From IMG/VR virus record IMGVR_UViG_3300042892_003674: DNA of 64,000 nt; one strand, written 5' to 3'. A model generated the notes under the pieces. That model did no database searches. It saw only the letters and a list, made by a program, of their open reading frames with translations, and was not told the DNA's origin. Source of the DNA: a virus. Lineage: Duplodnaviria; Heunggongvirae; Uroviricota; Caudoviricetes. A program made the position numbers and the translations under genes. Below, piece after piece: positions 46,340 to 56,200 of the stretch. Each line of letters starts with the position of its first letter. Positions within the stretch are counted from its first letter, which is position 1.

Positions 46340-46560
46340 TATTTTCTTTCTATATATATTCTAAATAATGCGAAAAGTTATCCACAATCGCAAATAAATG
46401 TAATGACCTTGAAAAGGTTTTTGGAACAACCTTACAAACACGAATAGGATCAACTAAAAATTTGTATAAAAAACGACCGGATTTTATACACTTTTGGTAA
46501 TTACACTTATTTTCACTATATTTAGGTAACTTCACGATACTATACTAATATAATGTAAAT
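46340..46560. other. candidate replication origin region
   Basis: Strand skew switch, TTATCCACA at 46378-46386, 28-bp site at 46463, divergent genes. Confidence 0.5.
46463..46490. repeat. 28-bp palindromic site, copy 5
   Basis: TGTATAAAAAA-CGACCG-GATTTTATACA. Confidence 0.85.
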
Positions 46561-46682
46561 GGATGATAAAAATATTGATAAAGTATGTACTGTTTTGGCT
46601 ACTCGAAAGTGTATGACTTTATATGGTTTTTACAGAAGTATAAGTAAGAATATGGTAAGATATGTTTTAAGACAAGCTAAGA

Positions 46683-47111
46683 TTGTTTCAATATTTAAAG
46701 AGAGATTTGATTATGAAGAGTAATAAGAATTATCATAAGGATATGATAGAAAGTATAAAAGATTATACAAAGCATTATACTATAATAAGAGGTTATTGTG
46801 ATGTTTTTATAGATCCTAACAGAACACTTGTTCCACTTTATAGTGTTACTAATAATGACTATTGGATTGTGTTGGGTAATTTATCTGATGAGGCAATCGA
46901 TGATTTATTTGAGGATAGTTCTTTTAGTGATGAGGATGGTATTGAACGAGAAGGTTGTTATGAGTATTCGGCTTGTTTGTATTATTCTTCTGGTAGTTGG
47001 GATGAGCAATCAGAAAGTTACATTGATTATATAGATTTTAATTTTGTGGAGACTTTTGAGAGTAGGGATCGAGATAAGAAGTTGAATGAGTTATTGGGTT
47101 TTGATTTTTAG
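46683..47111 (+). CDS. acidic protein with family B tag (start probably ~46713)
   Basis: RDKKLNELLG. Confidence 0.7.
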   Translation: MFQYLKRDLIMKSNKNYHKDMIESIKDYTKHYTIIRGYCDVFIDPNRTLVPLYSVTNNDYWIVLGNLSDEAIDDLFEDSSFSDEDGIEREGCYEYSACLYYSSGSWDEQSESYIDYIDFNFVETFESRDRDKKLNELLGFDF

Positions 47112-47716
47112 TTTAGATTCCAGTCTATAGGTGTTATATTATTCTGTAATAGATATTGATTAGTTTTACTAAAGTGTTTATTATTGAACCATTTCCCTTG
47201 GTTGGCGGATAGGGGTGATGGATGGCCAGACTTGAGTATAAGGTGTTTTGTGCTATCGATTAGTTTTTCTGTTTTGTGAGCTTGTGAACCCCATAGAATG
47301 AATACGAGGTTTTCTTTATTATTATTTAGTTCTGATATAATATTATTGGTAAATTGTTCCCATCCTTTATTCTTATGTGAGTTGGGTTGGTTCTTTCTTA
47401 CTGTTAGTATTGTATTAAGAAGTAGTACACCTTGGTTATGCCAATGAGTTAGATTCCCGTGAGATGGTATTGTGATGTTTAAGTCGTTATTAAGTTCTTT
47501 AAAGATGTTTTTCAGAGAAGGTGGAATAGTTGTATCTAGGGTGGAGAAAGCTAGACCGTGAGCTTGGTTTTCACCGTGGTACGGGTCTTGACCTATGATG
47601 ATTACTTTAGTGTTATTAAGGTTGGTTAGTGCGTTAAGTATTAAATCTTTAGGTGGGAAGCATTGGTGTTGGGAATATTCTTTATCTATGAATTTTTTTA
47701 ATTCGGATGGTATCAT
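47108..47716 (-). CDS. ung: uracil-DNA glycosylase, family 1
   Basis: GQDPYH, HGLAFS, PPSLKNI, GVLLLN, HPSPLS. Confidence 0.97.
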   Translation of the reverse strand: MIPSELKKFIDKEYSQHQCFPPKDLILNALTNLNNTKVIIIGQDPYHGENQAHGLAFSTLDTTIPPSLKNIFKELNNDLNITIPSHGNLTHWHNQGVLLLNTILTVRKNQPNSHKNKGWEQFTNNIISELNNNKENLVFILWGSQAHKTEKLIDSTKHLILKSGHPSPLSANQGKWFNNKHFSKTNQYLLQNNITPIDWNLN

Positions 47717-48000
47717 GACAGGAGTAATTTTATTCTAAAGTTTCTTATTGTTTGTTTATCTGCTTTGGCAAGTTCTAGTGCGTATAGTAGTGCGCTTTCG
47801 TATGTTGGTAGTGTTATTTCGTTATTTGTGCCGTAGCCGCCGCATATAGCTGTTCCTAGTTGGTGTGTTACGGTACAGGAGTATCGGTTACCTTTGTGTG
47901 TAGTATCGTAGAAAGCATCAATTTCGATGGTTGTGTATTGGTCTAGTTGTATTGTTTCTATTATATTTTTGGTATAGTACTTTGATTTTGGTAATTTCAT
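47713..48000 (-). CDS. hypothetical protein, tag-like C-terminus
   Basis: TYESAL..AL; IRNFRIKLLLS. Confidence 0.6.
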   Translation of the reverse strand: MKLPKSKYYTKNIIETIQLDQYTTIEIDAFYDTTHKGNRYSCTVTHQLGTAICGGYGTNNEITLPTYESALLYALELAKADKQTIRNFRIKLLLS

Positions 48001-50432
48001 TATGATGATTTAATATATAAGTATATGATGAGGTATTTAAAAAGTTTTATGGAGTCTGATTTTTATGTTAGGTTGAAAGGTGATGATTTGCAGGATGAAT
48101 TGGATGATGTTTGTGAGCAATTTTTGGCACCATTGGCGGATGATGGGTTTACGTATGAGGTTAGACCTGCTTGGAATGGTGAGTTTGATATAAGGTTATC
48201 TTTTACTGATGGTGGTCGTACGAATAAGTTATATGATTATTCTTTGGTGATGGATAGGTTTATCCCGTTGGTTCGTATGTTATCTAGGAGGTATGATTTA
48301 CATGATACTGTTTATTTTTATAGTACAGAGGTTTATGATATGGATAGGAAATCTTTTACGGTTGGGCAGATATTGAATGATGAGGCGCCGGATTTTTTGG
48401 TTACTACGGTTAAGTTGACGGTTAAGTCGAGGAAAGGTTAGGATTGTGGTGGGACCAATCAGGGGTTCGGGGAGCCGTTGCCTTCGGCAAGTAGTTTGAG
48501 GGTCGTCGGAGTCGTAAACGTGCTGACGCACGTGGGGTTTTAAAATAAATTGTAGTGATGAGATACATAAAGAAGTATAACGAAAGTAATTCAGAAGGTT
48601 TAACTGAGGAAGTAATAAAGGATTTCTGTGAGATGAATCTAGCTTATCTAATGGATGATGGTTTAAAGGTTTTGGTTTCACCAGATTATTTTGATTTAAA
48701 GGTTATAGATTATAAGGTGACGTTATCGTTTAGATTATTTGTTAATAAGAGGTGGGGTCAGATAAAGGATCAGGTTATACCATTTTTAACACATTTAAAG
48801 AATGAGTATGATTTAGTAGCAGATTTAGGTAATATGGGGGTTTCTGATTATTCTCAAAAGGTATTTTTAAAGAATAATATAAGGATTGAGATGATTGGTT
48901 CGGTAACTACATATCCTGATTGGTTTAATATAGATGATGTTATATCGGAGAAGATTGTTCCGGCTGGTCGTCTCCAAGACGATTATAAGATTTATACAAT
49001 TCAGTTTAAAATTAAAGGTAAGAAATGAAATACATAAAGACTAGTGAGACATTGAAATCAGAGGCAGATGTTGCTTATCAGAAAAGGATGGAGTTACAGG
49101 AGTTTGCTAATGATTGTTTAGTTTATCTTATAGATGATGAATGGTCGGTATCGGTGTGGGGATTTACTACATCGTTTAAGATTGTTTTGTTATCACCTAG
49201 GTCGGTTAAGAGAAATAGAGTTCATCATGATGATGTTACTTGGTTATCGGTAAAGAATCATGTTATTCCATTTGTTCAGATGTTATCTAATAGGTATCAT
49301 TTGGGTTATGAGGCAAGTTCATCGATTATTAGGATAGAGGCGACTTATTCGGATGATATACATATTAAGGATATAAAACAGTTAGAGGATTTATCGGATG
49401 ATATGTTATTTTATAGTTTTTCGATTGTAGTAAAAAAATAGGTTAGGTATGAAACATTTGAGAAAGTTTAATGAGAGTATAGATGAGAATGAATTAAGGG
49501 ATTTCTGTGAGATCAATTTAGCTTATTTGTTAGATGATGGTTTTGAGATAATGATTAGTGGTAATAATTTCAGTGGAGATTCTTTTAAAAGTATAAAAAT
49601 AACTAATCCAAGGTCTTTAGATGATCGTCAGGATGGTACGGTAAATTATTTTAAATGGAATGACATTAAAGATCATTTTATACCATTTTTTACACGTTTA
49701 TTAAATCAGTATTCACTTTATGGTAACTTTATAGTGGCGGATGGTATATTGTTTCACTATATTGCACCTATGTATGCTCATGATAGAAGTACTAATTGGT
49801 ATAAATTCTCTGGGTTAAGGACTACAAAGTTGTATAAACCATCTTTAGATAATGTATTAAATGATGAGGTATATGATGATGTAAGTACAATACATAATGG
49901 TAATCATTGTATGAATTACTTATATAGTATTGAATTATTAGTAAAAGAAAAGTAGTAAGGTATGAAACATTTAAGAAGGTATAATGAGAGTTTAGATAAA
50001 GATGAGTTAGAGGATTTCGTAGAGAGTTGTTTAGCTTATTTATTGGATGAGGGTTTTAATGTTTTTATTCCTAGATCATCTGGTGATGATTCTGTTGCGA
50101 TTTGGTTAGCTATTTCTAATCAATATTCTACTAATTCAACTTCATTCACTTGGGATCAGATAAAGGATCATTACATACCGTTATTGAAGTTATTATCTAA
50201 TAGGTATGATATAATTGGATTTGGTGAGCCGAGTAGAGATGGTCGTTCTATTGAGATGGATTCGACTGCTCAGATAAGATTTAGATTACAACCGGAATAT
50301 AGTAGTGATGCGTTTAGGGATTTTCCGTTATACAAGGTGATGAATGATACTTTATTTGGTTCTTATTCGTATGAGCCAAGTTTATATTCGGTGGGTATTA
50401 TGATTAAAGAAAAAAGATAGGTATGAAACATT

Positions 50433-50464
50433 TAGTACGAAGTACTCTTTACGGAGGTAAAGTA
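50433..50464 (+). mobile_element. TA-flanked double-hairpin micro-insertion (30 bp)
   Basis: TA-GTAC-GAA-GTAC-T-CTTTAC-GGAG-GTAAAG-TA splits MKHL|RRFNE. Confidence 0.75.
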
Positions 50465-50951
50465 AGAAGATTCAATGAAGGTTTGTCTTCTAATGAATTT
50501 GATGAGTTAAAAGATTTTAGTGAAAGTTGTTTAGCTTATTTATTGGATGAGGGTTTTGAGCTTGAGTTGGTGGATAGATATGGTCGTGATTCAAATGACC
50601 CTTCGTATGAGATTGACTCGGATTACTTTTGGATTGATCTTTATGGTCCGTTTATTACTCAGCCTGATATGTATGGTGCAGTTCCTAATGATAGAAGTTA
50701 TAGTTGGAATCAGATAAAAGATTATTATATTCCATTTCTTCAGTTATTAAAGGCGAGGTATGTATTAGTAGATGATGAAAGAAGTTATAAAGGAGATGTG
50801 GTTTACTTTAAGATACTAGAAGGCGCAGATGTTGATACGGCATTTAAAGAGTTTAAACTTGACGAGGTTATAGGAGATAAGATTACATTAGATAGTATCT
50901 TTTCAGTATCAATAAAAGTAAGTAGTAAGATATGAAACATTTGAGAAAGTT

Positions 50952-50983
50952 TAGTACGAAGTACTCTCTGCTAGAACAGAGTA
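50952..50983 (+). mobile_element. TA-flanked double-hairpin micro-insertion (30 bp)
   Basis: TA-GTAC-GAA-GTAC-T-CTCTG-CTAGAA-CAGAG-TA splits MKHLRKF|NES. Confidence 0.75.
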
Positions 50984-51461
50984 ATGAGAGTTATACTCAG
51001 CAAGATTTAGATGAGTTAAAAGAGTTTTGTGATGATCACTTATCATATTTGATTGATGAGGATTATAAGGTTTCTGTTCAAGATTTTGAGACAAATGCTG
51101 GTAGTGTATTACAGGTTGTTGTTAGACCACCGAAGGTTATGAGAAAGAATAATTGGGCAACAAGATTAAAAACGAATTTAATTGAGGAAGAGTTGGGAAC
51201 ACCTTTTTCACATTTCAAGGATAGGTTGATACCATTTGTTTATATGTTATTGAAGGATTATCGTTTGATAACCAATGAAGAGATGGATAGAATGGAATTA
51301 GGTCATGATGAGGGTGGTATGGGTTTTGCGATGCCTAATCCTAATAGTAACATATTAGATACGAAAATGGTACGTGTTAGTTCTTTAGAACATTTAGAAC
51401 AGGTTGAAGATAATCTAATGGTTTCAACATTTTATATAAGAATAAAAAAGAAAGATTAGTT

Positions 51462-53162
51462 ATGAGAAAGTTTTTATTAACTATATTATTAATGTTAGCT
51501 ACAATTGCCGTTACAGCTCAAAGTGTTACCGCTCCTCCAGCAACATCATATAATCAAAATACTTCAAATCAAAGTGCTACGGGATTTTCGGTATCAGGAT
51601 TTGTACCGACATCTACTTTATTAGTTACTGTTGGGTTAGTTAATCCTCCGTCAGGTACTACTTTAAGATTTTCGACGACATCAGGAGTAACTGCGAGCAC
51701 AGGATATGCAATGACATCTAATTTTACTAGAATTAGTTTTACAGGCCTTCAAGCAAATGTAAATACAGTTCTAGCATCACTTTTAGTAAACACAGGTTCA
51801 ACACCTGGGAATTTATATATAGCAGTTACTGCAACAGAAAATCCGGCAGGTTATTTTTATTTACCGACAAATGGTCACTTTTATCGACCAATCGCCGCGG
51901 GAGCAACTTATACCAATGCAAGAGCTGCTGCATTGAATACGACATTTAGAGGTCAGCAGGGATATTTAGTAACTATCACTTCTGCTGATGAAGATTTGTT
52001 TATCTTTAACAACGTTCCTCAATCTCAAATATGGTTTGCATTAACAGATGAAGGAGTAGAAGGACAGTGGAGAATTGATGCTGGTCCAGAAGCCGGTACA
52101 TTAATCAAGACATCTAATGGTCAGACAGCAGGTAACATTGCAGGTCAGTATAATAATTGGGCAGGTGGAGAACCTAATAACTCTGGTAATGAAGATTATG
52201 CAGTAACAAAGTGGAATGGTTCTCAATGGAATGACTTACCTAACAGTTTTTCATGTCCTTATGTAATTGAATATGGTACATGGTCTGATCCTGCAAATCA
52301 AACTTTTACAAATTTCTATACAGGATTCGTAACTCATCAAATAGCGTGTAGTCCTGCAACCTCACCAACAACTCCTAACGGAGTTAATGGCTCTAGATCA
52401 TTAGCAGGAACAGTTTCTTTATCAGCAACGACAGCAGCGGGTACGACTGTAGATTGGTATGCTAATGCAACAGGTGGTAATGTACTTTCTGGAGGTTCTG
52501 GAACTTTATCATTTACGACTCCTAGTATTTCAGAAACTAAAACATATTACGCTCAAGCTAGGAATTCAACGACAGGATGTGTTAGTTCATCAAGAACTGC
52601 TGTGGTGGCTACTGTAAATTACCCAACACCATTTACATACTCAGGCACTATTAATAGTTCTTTAGGAGCTGGAGTACCAAATATTGCAGTTAAGGTTTAC
52701 TATAAAACAAAGGCAGGATCTACATATACATTGTTACAAACATATACGACAGATAATTTTGGTATATTTTCAATTTCAACTTCGCTAGATATTTCAAGTT
52801 ATGACTTTCAAATAGTTATTGATAGCATACCTATTACATCTCCTTCTGTATCCGATGCATTAATATTTAATCAAAAGGTATTATTTCAAACGTTTGATGC
52901 AAAGGATTATTATAGAATGAATACCAATGGTAATTCTAATTTAACAGTCGCTGATATATTTTTAATCTATAGAAGAATTAATGGTACTTCATTTTCAGTA
53001 CCAGTATATAGATTATTTACACAAACCGAATGGAGTATTATTAATGCATCGACTGCAAATTTAACAGCCTCATATACAGGCACACAAACTATAACTTTAA
53101 CTAACCCAACAGCAGGTGGTAATTCAACATTCTACCTAATTAAAACAGGATTCGCTAACTAA
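51462..53162 (+). CDS. secreted C-type lectin plus Ig-like domain protein
   Basis: Signal peptide; GYLVTITSADE..WFALTD..EGQWR..YNNWAGGEPNN..EDY..WNDL; DWYANATGG..FTTPSIS.TKTYYAQ; EF-hand-like NTNGNSNLTVAD. Confidence 0.85.
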   Translation: MRKFLLTILLMLATIAVTAQSVTAPPATSYNQNTSNQSATGFSVSGFVPTSTLLVTVGLVNPPSGTTLRFSTTSGVTASTGYAMTSNFTRISFTGLQANVNTVLASLLVNTGSTPGNLYIAVTATENPAGYFYLPTNGHFYRPIAAGATYTNARAAALNTTFRGQQGYLVTITSADEDLFIFNNVPQSQIWFALTDEGVEGQWRIDAGPEAGTLIKTSNGQTAGNIAGQYNNWAGGEPNNSGNEDYAVTKWNGSQWNDLPNSFSCPYVIEYGTWSDPANQTFTNFYTGFVTHQIACSPATSPTTPNGVNGSRSLAGTVSLSATTAAGTTVDWYANATGGNVLSGGSGTLSFTTPSISETKTYYAQARNSTTGCVSSSRTAVVATVNYPTPFTYSGTINSSLGAGVPNIAVKVYYKTKAGSTYTLLQTYTTDNFGIFSISTSLDISSYDFQIVIDSIPITSPSVSDALIFNQKVLFQTFDAKDYYRMNTNGNSNLTVADIFLIYRRINGTSFSVPVYRLFTQTEWSIINASTANLTASYTGTQTITLTNPTAGGNSTFYLIKTGFAN

Positions 53163-53246
53163 AAATTTACTATTTTTACTGTTAAGTTGAAGATGGTTTA
53201 ATGTTTTCTACGTTTTATATATAAGAGTTAAAAGAAAGATTAGTTT

Positions 53247-56200
53247 ATGAAACATTTAAGAAAGTTCAATGAGGGGTTAAAAGAAGAGTTACAGGATTTC
53301 TGTGAGACTTACCTAGCTTATTTGATTGATGAGGGGTTTAAAGTAAGGATTTCAAAGTTTGAAGGAGATGACTTTCATCAGATAATGTTGGGTTATGCAA
53401 CAGACGGTTCGGGATATGGTAATAATAATCGTTTATGGTCAGAGATGAAGGATCAGGTTTTGCCGTTCTTACATTTTTTATTTAAGGATTACGAATTGTA
53501 TTGGGATAACGGTGTAGAAGCACCGATGGGTATTATTTATCATTTAATGGGTGGTTCTGGTACATCTGGTTCTCTTAGACAAAGTAGTCTAACATTGAAG
53601 CAGATAAATGATTTACCTGATGATACTGAGATAGCTACTTTATTTATTAGGGTTATTAAAAAGGAAGAAAAGGTTGAAAAAGCTTGGTTTAGAAAATTTT
53701 AAATAATATATACATTATGAAGTATTTAAGAAGTATTTTTGAAGAGGTCAATCAAAATGAGTATGAAGAGTTAAAAGATTTCTGTGAGATGTATTTAGCT
53801 TACTTATTAGATGATGGTGATTGGCGAATAGACATTTCTATGAGAACTCAGGTTTATCCACATACTGGTTTTTATGACGTTATGATTTGGAGAAGATATG
53901 AGACGAATGCAGATGGATCACATAGTTATCCTAATTGTACTTGGGATGATGTATCTGATTATTTTATACCATTTTTCAAAGTTTTGATAGATAATTATGA
54001 GTTAGTGCCTAGTGTTTCTCGTAGTATGAAAACGGGAGAGCTTGTTGATAATTTAGTGGAGTTTTCAGGGGCAAATGTACCAAAGGAAAAGATATTAGGT
54101 AATTTGATACCGGGTAATCAACCAGCTAGAAAAATAAGTTTTAAAGTAAAACGTAAGATATGAGGTATTTAAAGAAGATTTTCGAGAACGATTTATATAA
54201 ACAGGTTGATTCGGATGAGTTAAAAGATTTCTGTGAGACTTACTTAGCTTATTTATTGGACGATACTAGTTTTAAGATAGAGGTTATTGATACAGAAAAG
54301 TGGGATTCATATACTATCTGGTTGGGTAAGACTTTAGTAGATCGTCGTATTCAGACTTTTAGTTGGGATGACATTAAAGATTATTATATTCCATTTGTTA
54401 CGATTTTATCAAGAGAATATGATTTGAATGATATAGATTTAGATCAGAGAAGTTCGAGTATTATTATCAATTTTATGTCTGGTAATCAATTATTTGTTAC
54501 TGCGTCTGGTATTGAAGATTGGGATGGTAGACTTACAAAAAGACCAGATTTTTATAACGGTAATGGTATCAAAGAGATTGGTATTGTAGTAAAAAATACT
54601 ATAAAGATATGAGGTATTTAAAAACATTTGAGTCTATTGATTTAGAGAAAGATTTAAGAGATTTTTGTGAGACTTATCTAGCTTATTTGTTAGATGGTGA
54701 TTTTGAATTATCTGTTATTTGGCAGGGTCATAATCCTTTTCTGGTCCCATATAACCGTTATAATATAAATCTAGTTAAGTTAAATGATTATGGAGCTACT
54801 GGATTTACTTGGAATGAGGTTAAAGATTACTATATTCCTTTTTTACATATGTTGAATAAAGATTATGAGATAATGGATGAAGGTGAAGCAAGTAGAAACG
54901 CGGGGCAGTGGGATGTTCCTTGTATTTGTTTATATAATGGTAGTCAAAACTTTTGTGTTTCGGTTAAGGATATTTTATCTGGTGAGCCTTTACCTGGTAG
55001 ATATGATGATAGACCTTTATTAGAGATTACACTTCAGGTTGCGTTCAAAAATAAATTGGTAGAATGAGATATTTAAAAAGATTTAATGAGTCAGTTGATT
55101 TAAAATCACAACTACGTGATTTTAGTGAGTCTTATCTAGTTTATTTGTTAGATGATGGTTATACGGTAAATATTACACAAGCAAGTGATCATTCAGGTGG
55201 TGGTGGTTTGCCACCAAATGCATTTTTGATAAAATTGAGTAATGACATTGATTTTACTTGGTTAGATGTTAAAGAGTCATATATTCCATTTTTACATATG
55301 TTAAATAGAGACTACAATATAGTAGATCAGTCTATAATGATTTATGATTATAATGATGATACTGAGTTTGGTATTGAAACAATTTTATCTGGTAATCCTT
55401 TACCATTTGATAATAAAAGTTTAATAGAGATTTTAGTTTGGGTCACTTTTGATAAACCTATTAAAGAGTCTGTTGAATTGAAGACAGATGATGTAGAACA
55501 TTATTTGGTTGAGTTATTGGATTCTGGATTTGATGATGTCAGGGTTACTAAAAGTGCTGATAGATATAAGGATGTTGAACCAATGACTGCAATTTCTATG
55601 GAGAGAAAGCTTACTACTGATGAGTGGCAATCTATTTTAAGAACTGGTATTATATATGAGAATGTGATAATTGGTGTGAGATCTGAACCGATGAGAGTAT
55701 TTACTTCTAGTCAATTTAAGAAGCCAGTTCCTTTATCTATTTTTAAATCTGATATATTGAATCAGGTTGAGTTTTTCGCACAGGATGCTGCAGATAAGAT
55801 TTTATTGAGTTTATCTGATAAGTTTGTTAGTAAGAAGATTGTGATGTCTTTTAAGGCAGGTGCAGGTCAGGTTCAACGATATAATTTTGGTGACATTTCG
55901 ATTAGATTACAGATTATTTTAACAGAAAAGGAAGATACAAAATGAAATATTTAAAGAGGATTTTTGAGAATTTAGATAAGGATGAGTTACAAGATTTCTG
56001 TGAGATGAACTTAGCTTATTTATTGGATAATGAAGATTTTAGGATAGACATTGAATACTTTGATGACTTGATAGGTCAGTATTTGGTTGTTATTAAATTG
56101 GTTAAAATGGTTGAGCTTAGTGCTGGTGGAAGAATGACGACGATGTATCAGTGGCAAGAGGTTAAAGATTATATTGTACCGTTTATTGTACAATTGAATA

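Larger units (their letters stand above)
48025..51459 (+). other. tandem array of 7 family A genes (48025, 48555, 49025, 49449, 49962, 50423, 50932)
   Basis: Each has the leader plus a D[FV]CE..LAYL.DDG..KD..IPF-type domain. Confidence 0.9.

Noticed and set aside
44105-46535. ORFs 44105..44335 (-) and 46350..46535 (-)
   Set aside because: They run through the 28-bp sites and share YKKR.DFIH/GFYT-type text only because of that DNA repeat; weak starts.
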